From a virus (Duplodnaviria; Heunggongvirae; Uroviricota; Caudoviricetes): a stretch of 64,000 bases of DNA. Shown one piece after another: positions 14,758 through 24,265 of this stretch (positions within the stretch are counted from its first letter, which is position 1; each line of letters starts with the position of its first letter). Position numbers and translations under genes: made by a program. The notes beneath the pieces were generated by a model. It did not search any database, was not told the origin of the DNA, and worked only from the letters and a program-made list of their open reading frames with translations. The stretch is from IMG/VR virus record IMGVR_UViG_3300028591_000077, one strand, 5' to 3'.

Positions 14758-15685
14758 ATTTTTATTGTTTCTAGCCGGTTTATTCGCTATTACTGCTTTA
14801 TTTGGGACGACTTATTCTGCTTGGGCTTTTACAAATACTACTGATGTAACCAATAATGTTCAAGTTGAAGTTCCTACTTGGACATTTGGTGACCAAGGTC
14901 TTGCCAAAATCGAAAATATTTCTGGTTTAAGCTATTTAACAGCTGAAAAAGAAGAAACTATTACGCAGGGAAGCACTGAGGCAGTTAGATTCACAAATAC
15001 CGGTGGAACTCATGCAAGAGACCATATCTTCTATGTCGATTTAGACCAAGATTATGATTTATACGATATAGCTACTTGTAAGATTGAATTTGATTACTAT
15101 CATACTTATAAGAGAGAACAAAAAGATAAAGGTTTCCCAAAACTTCAATTATTCCATGATAGTATTGGCAGAGGAGCGGCTCAAGGCGGCGATGATACAA
15201 TAACTGAAATCGCACCTTATGTTGTTACAAACATCGATGAAGATTGGTGGCATTTGGAATATTATATCACTTCTATGTGCCCAACAATTGCCGACCATCA
15301 AGATAAGCCACAAAATAACTATAAAGTAAATCGTATTAAATTTGCTGATAGAGGAGTTTATGACTACGCTGATGTAACTGGCTGGTTTGTTATGGACAAT
15401 TTAATGATTACAAATGAACCAGGGGCTAGATTAGGTCTATTTAATAGAACTGCCGGCGATACAGTTGGAAAATTCTTCTGGTTTAAGGTTGCTTGGTCTG
15501 GTGATCTACATTCTTGTATTCTTACAACAAGTGACCCAAGTTTGGCTGTTTGGGATGATGAATCTACAAAGAGCCCATTCTATGTTAAACTATTAGCAAA
15601 AGGTCAAGTTGTTATTACAGCTACCCTTGAAATTGGAAGCAATCACGAGATATTCACAATTTCTAATACAATTACAATAAATTAG
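14747..15685 (+). CDS. Secreted protein with SipW-type signal peptide
   Basis: MKSK...GTTYSAWAF N-terminus. Confidence 0.6.
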   Translation: MKSKFLLFLAGLFAITALFGTTYSAWAFTNTTDVTNNVQVEVPTWTFGDQGLAKIENISGLSYLTAEKEETITQGSTEAVRFTNTGGTHARDHIFYVDLDQDYDLYDIATCKIEFDYYHTYKREQKDKGFPKLQLFHDSIGRGAAQGGDDTITEIAPYVVTNIDEDWWHLEYYITSMCPTIADHQDKPQNNYKVNRIKFADRGVYDYADVTGWFVMDNLMITNEPGARLGLFNRTAGDTVGKFFWFKVAWSGDLHSCILTTSDPSLAVWDDESTKSPFYVKLLAKGQVVITATLEIGSNHEIFTISNTITIN

Positions 15686-15699
15686 TTGTATAATATAAT

Positions 15700-15869
15700 G
15701 TAACAGCCACACATTGCCGCCGTGGTCGGAGGAGCGGATTGATCCCCGCTTAGTACTGGATAAGGGCGGGTCTAGCCAACCTGTGCACGAAATTCTGGAA
15801 ATACAAAAGGCGATCCATAATGCAAATGTTACAAATAAAAAGAGCTTATTAAGCTCTTTTTTAATTTTT
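15700..15869 (+). ncRNA. Unidentified structured small RNA plus terminator
   Basis: Own promoter, GTAACA/TGTTAC end pairing, GC-rich hairpins, AAAAAGAGC-TTATTAA-GCTCTTTTT terminator. Confidence 0.45.
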
Positions 15870-15888
15870 TTACTGTATAATAATATAG

Positions 15889-16160
15889 TTCCCCTGTGTC
15901 GGGGGTCCTGGTGTTAAAAAGTGGTCGTCATTGCCGGCCCGGCTGCCTCAGTAAGTCGCGGTTACTGATATAACCCGGTGTCCTTGCGGACTGTTTCCAG
16001 GAATAACGAGCGCGAGCCCACCTAGTCGGAGAGTCAGACTGCAACACCTGACGTTAAATCAATGTTCCTCCGTGAATAGGCAGTGGGAGAAGAGTAGGAT
16101 ACAAATGACAGCGTGCCCGCAGAAGAAACTAAGCCTTAAAAACGTCGAAAGACGTTTTTT
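15889..16160 (+). ncRNA. Unidentified GC-rich structured RNA plus terminator
   Basis: Own -10 TATAAT, non-coding, ends in AAAAACGTC-GAAA-GACGTTTTT. Confidence 0.45.
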
Positions 16161-16362
16161 ATAAACTGGCTAAAAATATTGGCTAAATTTAAGATGCAGA
16201 ATAATTTAATAAAAAAATCTGCTAAATTATGTGTACAATATGAAAAATATATTGTATAATATGTAAAGCAAGTGAGAACTTGCGAATTAATCTTTGAAAT
16301 GATCGCCTTCATGGCCGCTTCCTGTCCTAAGTATGACGTTAAACTGCTAGATAATTTAGGAG

Positions 16363-16584
16363 GTGCCTATGAAGTATTACGTGTTAGATGGCGAAGTCAA
16401 TCGCCAGCCTATCAAGGAGAAGATGTTTGCTACTAGGGCTGCTGCTGAAAAAGCAATGGAAGGTATTCTCTACAGAGAAAATCTCCAAGTCCAAGAAGAC
16501 AGATTCCCTTCTAAGCACACCGAAGAATTCGTGTGTGACAGATGCTCTAGATTCTTTGTTCGCAGAGTTGTCTACGGTGAATAA
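16363..16584 (+). CDS. Hypothetical protein
   Basis: AGGAGG RBS. Confidence 0.7.
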   Translation: MPMKYYVLDGEVNRQPIKEKMFATRAAAEKAMEGILYRENLQVQEDRFPSKHTEEFVCDRCSRFFVRRVVYGE

Positions 16585-16589
16585 TCTAT

Positions 16590-18300
16590 AGCAAAAGTCA
16601 AGGCACAAACTAATTGGCCCGGAAACGGGAAAATGGAACTTCCGAAATCGTGGAGGATACAGAGACTAGCGATCAAAGTTAGTTAGAAAGTCTTGACATT
16701 CTTAGGTAGTTTCGCGTAAGCGTTTCTATATTTAGAGCTTAAAAAGCACTCACAGAGGAAAACACCGAAATGTTCCAAAGGAGCTGACGAAATCCTAAGC
16801 GTCTATAAACAAAGTTTAGTGGAGCTTTATGAGCGAGTGGTTGATTACCCGACGTTCTACTCTATGGAGTATTAAGAGGTTGGTAGGGGTTAAAGTTGTC
16901 TACCTATAATCACAAAACAACTGCTTCCTTGGCTAATTTAGTCCGGTAGGAAGATTATCAAAAGAGAGGTTAAGCATTCCTCCCCACATTGTGGTATTCC
17001 TTAATTGGATTCCTTCGATAATTTATTATCACTTATTGCTTGGCGGGCTAGGCAACCGCCCTCCTTCTGTAACCTAGCTTATGCAGAACGGTATTTTCTT
17101 GGGATATACTTTAGGTATGTCCTCTGATGTGGCCGACCCAACGGGCAGTTTGAGGTGCGACTCCTCAATTGGTCTCAAAAAGCCCACGCAGCAGTAACCA
17201 GGGCTAATACTAAGACGTCAAAACGTGAAAGAGCCTGCTGCACATATAATTTAAATAAGCTTACGGGGGCTTGTCCGGAACGGGCGACGAGATGGTTAGA
17301 ACTACAGGTCAGGGAAGCAGCTGTAACACCATACGTTCCGCTAAGGTTTGTGAAAATATTAACCCAGGTGCTTGCTTGCAAGATGCTGACTAACACAAAC
17401 TATATGACCATGATTTAAATTATATCATTGACTGGGGAATTATTCCGAGCCCCTATGAATCAAAAAAGATCGGCGTCGAAGCAACGAAAGCCGCCATGTT
17501 GTCCGTGCACGGCGAGAGAAGGAACGGTCTAACGCAGCTGTCTACGGGATTGATTCGCCCGTATAGATGCCACTGAATACCCAAAGCTGGGGCTGCTGAT
17601 AAAGTAAAGGTCGACGACGTGGTTTGCGGTAGCTGACTTAGACTCAGCCTTAGACCAAGTATCGTGATCAGTCGACGGAAGCACGACAAAAACCGCATAT
17701 ATTGATATTATCTATAGCAATATAGTTAATATATCAACTTCCTGGCTTGAATAGGTGAGATGTTTGACTAGGAATTATTTGAACAGTTAGCAACTGGATA
17801 AAATTGCTCAATCTCACAAATAATCTTTTGAAAAGGAAGCTTAATTGCACCTATGGTTAGTCTTTCCATCCTTAAAAGGCATTAGTTCCACCATACACGG
17901 TACTGAATGTTGTTTGATTAGTAGTTACATATAAGGTTTGTTATAGACTACTTTGCGAGTTTCAATTAAAGGTGCCAACCACTAAGGTTGACAATAACCG
18001 CCTTATCATATGAAAATCAAGTCAGTGGACTACCTCCGCCTTATTAAGGTAATTAACCGAACTTAGTATTTGGTATAGATGAGTGACAAAGCCAGTAGAA
18101 CTCCAGGATGGGTTGATAAGTGTATATGAAAGAATGTGGCTAAGCACTTCCCGCTTATTGTAAAACTGACCCAAGTAAATCTAAGAACCTGCTAGTGAGG
18201 TTGTGCTCACATTTACTGTTTTATAAGCGATTGGCATTTAGTCTCTGTTGACATCGCTTACAGCAAGGGAACAAATCCGCAAAAACCCTAGCCACATATT
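16590..18300 (+). ncRNA. 1.7-kb non-coding structured region, probably several large ncRNAs
   Basis: No RBS-led ORF, GC higher than background, many hairpins. Confidence 0.5.
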
Positions 18301-18367
18301 TAGTTAAAAATTGGTAGAAATACCGTATAATATAATATAGAATAAAGCAAAGGAGCTTAAAAGTTAT

Positions 18368-18550
18368 ATGTTTGATATCTTAGTTAATGGTCAATTAGTC
18401 GCAATTGCAGCAGAAGGTGTTACAAAGATTTTTTGTAATGCTCTTATTAATGCACTTCCAAGTGAGATTTCAATTACCTCAAGAAGACATGTTGAACCTG
18501 CCCCACAAGCGCCTGAAACACCAGAAACTGAAGAAAGTTCTGCCAAGTAA
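18368..18550 (+). CDS. 60-aa protein, probable leader peptide 5
   Basis: AAGGAG RBS; TGT/AAT/AGT/GAG/TCA/AGA codons followed by a strand complementary to the downstream terminator. Confidence 0.65.
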   Translation: MFDILVNGQLVAIAAEGVTKIFCNALINALPSEISITSRRHVEPAPQAPETPETEESSAK

Positions 18551-18576
18551 TTAAATAAGTTAATAAGGCAAATTAA

Positions 18577-18612
18577 GGGTAGGTTCAATATAAAGAATCT
18601 ACCCTTTTATTT
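18577..18612 (+). terminator. Terminator 5 (possible attenuator)
   Basis: GGGTAGGTTC-AATATAAA-GAATCTACCC-TTTTATTT; 5' arm pairs with 18494-18503. Confidence 0.75.
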
Positions 18613-18675
18613 TAAGAAAACCATTTACAAATAATTATAAATATCGTATAATAGTAGTGTGAGAAATCACGAACT

Positions 18676-18752
18676 GCCCTGGTAGCTCAACTGGATAGAG
18701 CAACGGTCTTCTAAACCGTAGGTTACAGGTTCGAGTCCTGTCCAGGGCGCCA
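18676..18752 (+). tRNA. tRNA-Arg(TCT)
   Basis: Canonical cloverleaf. Confidence 0.95.
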
Positions 18753-18757
18753 TAATG

Positions 18758-18844
18758 GAGAGTTGGCCGAGCGGTCGAAGGCGTCTGTCTTGAAAACAGA
18801 AGTAGGGCAACCTACCTGGGGTTCGAATCCCTAACTCTCCGCCA
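18758..18844 (+). tRNA. tRNA-Ser(TGA)
   Basis: Long variable arm, GCCA end. Confidence 0.95.
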
Positions 18845-19042
18845 TCGTCTGTTCATCGAAAAAGAAAGGGAATCGCATCACCCAGACGTTAAATAACATC
18901 GATGACGTTACAGCGTTCGGATAAGCTGCGAAGAGAGCGAAGGAGCTTGTAGGTCGATAGCCGCTTAATGAGCGAATGCGGAATCGGGTAACATACTAGG
19001 TGTGGAAATTCGCAGAATCACCGAAGACCTACGATTATATAT

Positions 19043-19117
19043 GGGGCTATAGTCCAAAGGTTAGAACTCCCGACTGTTAATCGGAGAATCTGTGTTCGAG
19101 TCACAGTAGCCCCGCCA
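19043..19117 (+). tRNA. tRNA-Asn(GTT)
   Basis: Cloverleaf, GCCA end. Confidence 0.85.
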
Positions 19118-19120
19118 GAA

Positions 19121-19187
19121 GAACCTATGCTTATTTCTAGCTCATTGTGAGCGTCAAACTGGTAATTTGAAGGTATTTAGCTAGGTC
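19121..19187 (+). ncRNA. Bulged-stem element 12 with a Thr(GGT) anticodon stem-loop
   Basis: ACCTA/TAGGT stem; TCAAA-CT GGT AA-TTTGA at 19154-19170. Confidence 0.8.
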
Positions 19188-19193
19188 AAATAT

Positions 19194-19267
19194 GGGGTGT
19201 TAGCTCAGCGGGAGAGCAACCGGCTGTTAACCGGTTGGTCGTGGGTTCGAATCCCTCACGCCCCGCC
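19194..19267 (+). tRNA. tRNA-Asn(GTT)
   Basis: Cloverleaf, GCCA end. Confidence 0.95.
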
Positions 19268-19525
19268 AATTGATTATTTCACCTATAGGTGTAATAATAT
19301 ATCTGGGTAAAGTCGGCCAGAAAAGGAGCCATCTCTGACGGCTGCAGCAAAAGACAGATTTCCGGGGGAAATCGTCTGGATATGTCGGAGAGTGCGTAAA
19401 AAACAATGGAAGTGGAGGTCGACCGAAGAAGATGTTTCAGAAAAACGCACGGTTTTGGGATTTTGCATCTTTATTGAAAAATTAAGGAGATTAAGCTTAT
19501 GTAATGTTAAAGGAGGGTTGTAAAG

Positions 19526-19774
19526 ATGAGTTACAATCGTAAACAATTTGACAAGAAAAAGCTTAAAAAGCTCGCAGACGAGCATGCGAACTGGTTTGGC
19601 GGCAGCTATTATGACGAGGATAAGAAGCGTTATGTTCGTATCTGGAAGAGTGGCGGCAAGAAATCTTTTTGGGCACAAGCAAAAAGAACTGCTAGAAGAC
19701 GTATTCGCCTGTATTTAAAAAGACACGGCATTTATACCAAAAAGGCAGACGACCTTTGGTGGAATGTGTGGTAA
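19526..19774 (+). CDS. Basic hypothetical protein
   Basis: AGGAGG RBS, 82 aa. Confidence 0.75.
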   Translation: MSYNRKQFDKKKLKKLADEHANWFGGSYYDEDKKRYVRIWKSGGKKSFWAQAKRTARRRIRLYLKRHGIYTKKADDLWWNVW

Positions 19775-19779
19775 ACATA

Positions 19780-19854
19780 GGATAGGTAGCCAAGTGGCTA
19801 AGGCAGTGGACTGCAACTCCACGATCGTGGGTCCGAATCCCATCCTATCCTCCA
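19780..19854 (+). tRNA. tRNA-Cys(GCA)
   Basis: U73 CCA, T-loop TCCGAAT. Confidence 0.9.
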
Positions 19855-19877
19855 ATTTGTAGAAAGGAGAGCTTGTT

Positions 19878-20399
19878 ATGATTGGAAAGCACCTCAAAGA
19901 TTATAAGAAAGCTTATATTAAAGCTCGTAAAGCAGAGCCTCGTAAAGTCAGGATTAAGAAAAATTCTGATTGGAAAAAGCGCTGGATGCCATTTATCAAG
20001 TATGACCATGATTTCGATGGAGCGTTCTTCATTGAGTTAATGGTGCATAAGCTTCATATCATGCTCGATTATTACGATCATGGCAAGTATTGCATGCAAG
20101 TAGACGAAAGTAGACTTGAAATCGTTGAAAGCTTGAAAGAAGCCTGCAGACTCGGAGATATGATTCTTGCCGACGAGTTTGAAGACCCTGCCTACGAAAT
20201 CATGATGAAGCATCATCGTATGTGGACCATTCCTGACGAAAACTGCAAAGGCTGCGGAAAAATCGAAATGGAATGGGACAGTCCAGAAAATGAGGCTTTA
20301 TATGAAAAGGCAAGAAAAGCCGGCGATGAATTCAGAGAAAGAACAATTGATGAATTCTTCAACTATATTAGAAAACACTACCGTGAGTGGTGGGACTAA
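19878..20399 (+). CDS. Hypothetical protein
   Basis: AGGAG RBS, 173 aa. Confidence 0.8.
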   Translation: MIGKHLKDYKKAYIKARKAEPRKVRIKKNSDWKKRWMPFIKYDHDFDGAFFIELMVHKLHIMLDYYDHGKYCMQVDESRLEIVESLKEACRLGDMILADEFEDPAYEIMMKHHRMWTIPDENCKGCGKIEMEWDSPENEALYEKARKAGDEFRERTIDEFFNYIRKHYREWWD

Positions 20400-20410
20400 T
20401 ATAAACCCCT

Positions 20411-20498
20411 GGAGGCGTGGAGTAATGGTATCTCAACACCCTGCTAAGGTGTCCATCGGGCAACTGATGTGCGCGTTCGAGCCGCGCCGCCTCCGCCA
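20411..20498 (+). tRNA. tRNA-Ser(GCT)
   Basis: Long variable arm, GCCA end. Confidence 0.9.
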
Positions 20499-20523
20499 TA
20501 ATTTATAAGCAAGGGGATTAACT

Positions 20524-20916
20524 ATGGATGCACAAAAAGTATTAGAAATCGCTGAAAGCAACAAAGCTTGGATACTTCGCTGCAAAGATGAATTTGACGA
20601 TAAAGCAATTTATAGAATGCTGTATATCAATTTCAGATGGCTATTAGATTTACTAGATGGAGATGAACTTGATAAAGTAGACCCCATTAAAGTAAAGATA
20701 TACAAAAGCAAAGCAGGCAAAGTTGTTGGTAATGAAAAAGCCTATGCAAAATTAACGTATAGAGGAAAAGATTATTATCTTGCGGACGATGACTACGGTC
20801 AATGTGTAGCGCTCTATATCGATAATACGTGGATGGGACTTGGAACATATAATTTCAATTATATGGAAGACGCCAAATATCTGATAAGATCTAAATACTT
20901 CAATTGTGCAGAATAG
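20524..20916 (+). CDS. Hypothetical protein
   Basis: 130 aa with RBS. Confidence 0.75.
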   Translation: MDAQKVLEIAESNKAWILRCKDEFDDKAIYRMLYINFRWLLDLLDGDELDKVDPIKVKIYKSKAGKVVGNEKAYAKLTYRGKDYYLADDDYGQCVALYIDNTWMGLGTYNFNYMEDAKYLIRSKYFNCAE

Positions 20917-20968
20917 TTGATTCTATTCTGCATTTTTATTGTATAATATATAGAAAGGAACTTTAATT

Positions 20969-21709
20969 ATGATTGAATTATATCCAAATTTCGAACATTT
21001 AAAACAATTCAACAATATCTGGATATATAGCGACCCACATTTCGCCGATCCTGAAATGTCTTTTTTAAGACAAAACTATATTGGCGATGAAGAGCAAGTC
21101 AAAAGAATCAATTCTAAAGTTGGCAGAAAAGACGTTATTATTATTCTCGGTGATGTTGGTAGCACTGAATTTGTCAAAAGAATTAGAGGCTATAAAATCT
21201 TGATTATGGGCAATCATGACCAAGGTAAATCCAATTTTGAAAGAAAAATAAATGAAGTTGAGCAATTTAGCTCTGCCGATATGTCTGAGGCCGATGCTAC
21301 TTTGATGAGAAAGAACGGCGTTGCTATGATTAGCGATCCATTACATGCTGCCTCTTACGTCGCCGCAAATGACGTCTTAGTTAAGAAATATACTAAGATA
21401 GTCAGAGAGGACAATCATTTGTTCGATGAGGTTTACGACGGTATTGTTGCGTTAAACTCTAAAATCATCTTATCCCACGAACCAGTCAATATTCCATTTA
21501 TGTTCAACATTCATGGCCATGACCATTCTAATTGGGAAGGTGCTAATGATGATTTGCACTTGAACGTTTGCGCAGAGCATATCAACTATACTCCAATTAA
21601 CTTAAATACCTTGCTAAAACAAGGCAAATTCAAAAACGTTCCAAGCATTCATCGTATCACCATCGATAAGGCGACTGCCAGAAAAGCAAAAAGAAACGCC
21701 GGTCAATAA
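20969..21709 (+). CDS. Calcineurin-like metallophosphoesterase
   Basis: SDPHF, LGDV, GNHD, LSHEP, IHGHDH motifs. Confidence 0.9.
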   Translation: MIELYPNFEHLKQFNNIWIYSDPHFADPEMSFLRQNYIGDEEQVKRINSKVGRKDVIIILGDVGSTEFVKRIRGYKILIMGNHDQGKSNFERKINEVEQFSSADMSEADATLMRKNGVAMISDPLHAASYVAANDVLVKKYTKIVREDNHLFDEVYDGIVALNSKIILSHEPVNIPFMFNIHGHDHSNWEGANDDLHLNVCAEHINYTPINLNTLLKQGKFKNVPSIHRITIDKATARKAKRNAGQ

Positions 21710-21722
21710 TCGGCGTTGATAT

Positions 21723-21799
21723 GGCGCCATGGAGAAGCGGTTTAACTCGCCAGACTCTCAATCTGGTATACACGGGTTCGAATCCCGTTGGCGTCGCCA
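21723..21799 (+). tRNA. tRNA-Glu(CTC)
   Basis: Cloverleaf, GCCA end. Confidence 0.9.
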
Positions 21800-21819
21800 T
21801 AATTTTGAAAGGAGAAAAT

Positions 21820-22482
21820 ATGAGTACATATTTTTGTAGCGATTTACATTTAGGGCATAGAAACATTCTTAAGTATGAACCGATTCGTATTGATGGAATC
21901 TGGGAAATGTTCTTCAATGATGACCCAAGATACCCAACTGCGGAATCATTCAGAGAATACGTTTTGCCATTAGTCGATGATTTCTCCGAAGAAGGAAAAG
22001 ATAAGTTTAGATACATTCTTTCGCTTCATGATAAAATGCTTATTAATCATTGGAATAGCGTCGTCTCTAATGAAGACACGGTTTGGTTCTTAGGCGATTT
22101 CTGTCTTGGCGGAAACGAAAATATCAAAAAGTATTTAGACCAGCTAAATGGACATAAAATGCTTATCCGTGGAAACCATGACAAGAAGACGGATTCGGCA
22201 TACAGAGAAGCTGGTTTTGAGTACGTTTCAAGATACCCAGTCATCTTAAAGAAATTCTTTATTTTAAGCCATGCGCCATTCGAGTACATGCAGTCGACTG
22301 CTCCATATTTCTACATCTATGGACACGTTCACAGTTCTCCTGCATACCAGACTTGGACTCCAATCTCTTGCTGCGCTTGTGTAGAACGACATGGATTTAA
22401 GCCTATTCAGATTCATGGCTTTGATGAAGCCGATGATTCTATCGAAAAGTATCATCCAAGTTTAGAAAACAAAAGAGGCTAA
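21820..22482 (+). CDS. Calcineurin-like metallophosphoesterase
   Basis: SDLHLGH, LGDF, GNHD, LSHAP, YGHVH motifs; start revised to the RBS-led ATG. Confidence 0.9.
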   Translation: MSTYFCSDLHLGHRNILKYEPIRIDGIWEMFFNDDPRYPTAESFREYVLPLVDDFSEEGKDKFRYILSLHDKMLINHWNSVVSNEDTVWFLGDFCLGGNENIKKYLDQLNGHKMLIRGNHDKKTDSAYREAGFEYVSRYPVILKKFFILSHAPFEYMQSTAPYFYIYGHVHSSPAYQTWTPISCCACVERHGFKPIQIHGFDEADDSIEKYHPSLENKRG

Positions 22483-22520
22483 TGCCTCTTTTTATATTAA
22501 TTTATTGTATAATAAAAAGT

Positions 22521-23936
22521 ATGGAAAAGTATAATACTATTATTGTCGGCGCAGGCCCTTGCGGCTATTTTTGCGCTTATGAATTAATCAAGAAAAATCC
22601 TGATTGGAAAGTGCTTTTGATTGATAAAGGTCATTCTATCATGCAAAGGCATTGTCCTGTTTTAGAACATAAAATTGACCATTGTCCAAGGAATCCAAAC
22701 GGACACAACGAATGCTTTCCAGCATGTTCAATTACCAATGGTTTTGGTGGGGCTGGAGCTTTCTCTGACGGTAAGTTTATTATTTCGACAGAGTATGGCG
22801 GTTGGCTCGGCGATTATATCGGAGAAGATAAACTTATTGAGCTTATTGACTACGAAGATAATATAAATCTTTCTTATGGTGCGACTGCCGAAACCACTGA
22901 TCCATATACCGAAAAAGTCAAGCAAATCGAACAAAGAGCCATGGGCGCAGGACTTAAATTACTACATAGCAAGGTAAGACATTTAGGCACTGAAGAGAAT
23001 ATCAAAATCTTAAAGTTAATTTATGAAGATTTAGAAAAATCTATCGAAATGCGCTTCAAAACTACAGTAAAAGACCTGATAATTGAAGCAGACTGCGTAA
23101 AAGGCGTTATTCTTGAAGATGGCGAAAAACTCTATGCCGACAGCGTTGTGTTAGGAGTAGGACGTCAGGGTTCTAAATGGTTGAACGAGCTTTTTGGAAA
23201 ATATAATATCTCGATGAAACAAAACCGCGTAGACTTGGGCGTGCGTGTTGAATGCCCTAACGTCGTTATGGATGAAATCAATGAGAATCTCTATGAAGGA
23301 AAGTTTATTTTCAGGGCTTCTAATGACTTATTGGTGAGAACATTCTGCTCTAATCCTGGTGGACAGGTGGTTATGGAGAACTACGAAGGCGTCGTAAACG
23401 TCAATGGACATGCTTACAAAGATCCAAGACTACATAGCAATAATACAAATTTTGCATTATTGGTAACCCATCACTTCAGAGAACCGTTCAATAAGCCAGA
23501 CGAATATGCAAAACGAATCTCAGAATTAGCGAATCAGCTTGCTTGTGGTTCGGTATTAGTCCAATCTTATGGCGATTTAAAGAAGGGCAGACGAAGCACT
23601 GAAAAACGAATTAAAGAATGTTTTACGACCCCAACGCTTAAAGAAGCGGTTCCTGGCGATTTAAGCCTTTGCTTGCCATATAGAACATTACAATGCATTA
23701 TCGAAATGATAGAAGCATTGGACCACATTACTCCAGGCATTGCTACGGACCATACGCTATTATATGGCGTTGAAGCAAAATATTATTCAGCGCATCCAGA
23801 AATCACCGAAAAGCTAGAAGTTATTGGATTAAATAACCTTTATGTCGGTGGTGACGGCGCTGGGATTACCAGAGGTTTGGCACAAGCTGGAGCTTCTGGA
23901 ATCCATATCGCAAGGAACATATTAGATAAGGAGTAG
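22521..23936 (+). CDS. NAD(P)/FAD-dependent oxidoreductase (COG2509-like)
   Basis: GAGPCG Rossmann motif, GGAGAFSDGK, GDGAGITRGLAQA; ATG lies 7 nt after TATAAT (probably leaderless). Confidence 0.85.
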   Translation: MEKYNTIIVGAGPCGYFCAYELIKKNPDWKVLLIDKGHSIMQRHCPVLEHKIDHCPRNPNGHNECFPACSITNGFGGAGAFSDGKFIISTEYGGWLGDYIGEDKLIELIDYEDNINLSYGATAETTDPYTEKVKQIEQRAMGAGLKLLHSKVRHLGTEENIKILKLIYEDLEKSIEMRFKTTVKDLIIEADCVKGVILEDGEKLYADSVVLGVGRQGSKWLNELFGKYNISMKQNRVDLGVRVECPNVVMDEINENLYEGKFIFRASNDLLVRTFCSNPGGQVVMENYEGVVNVNGHAYKDPRLHSNNTNFALLVTHHFREPFNKPDEYAKRISELANQLACGSVLVQSYGDLKKGRRSTEKRIKECFTTPTLKEAVPGDLSLCLPYRTLQCIIEMIEALDHITPGIATDHTLLYGVEAKYYSAHPEITEKLEVIGLNNLYVGGDGAGITRGLAQAGASGIHIARNILDKE

Positions 23937-23939
23937 CTT

Positions 23940-24263
23940 ATGAAAATAAATATATTTGAAAAAGGTGCCCATGCATTATTAGAAGATGCGTTATTAAGAA
24001 CGCTAAGACAAGTTTATGCTGGCGATGGGCTTTATGCAGAAATAGAGCAAATATCATTGGATTACGTATCTGACGATGAAAATGACGATACTCCGATAAT
24101 CACGGCCAGAATTAGATTCGGCAGATATGCAGAAGGAAGTGAGCATAATTTTCAAGAAGTACTAGACATAGATGATATTGGCGAAGACTTAGATCTTAGC
24201 TTTTTCACCGGAAGATTCTTCCAACACCTAGCAACTACAGAACCAAATTTTATAAAGGAATAA
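23940..24263 (+). CDS. Hypothetical protein
   Basis: GGAG RBS. Confidence 0.7.
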   Translation: MKINIFEKGAHALLEDALLRTLRQVYAGDGLYAEIEQISLDYVSDDENDDTPIITARIRFGRYAEGSEHNFQEVLDIDDIGEDLDLSFFTGRFFQHLATTEPNFIKE

Positions 24264-24265
24264 AG

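Noticed and set aside
15889-16780. RNase P RNA
   Set aside because: Only loose resemblance (GAGGAAAACACC, AGAAACTAAGCCTTA), in the wrong order; no proper P4 pseudoknot
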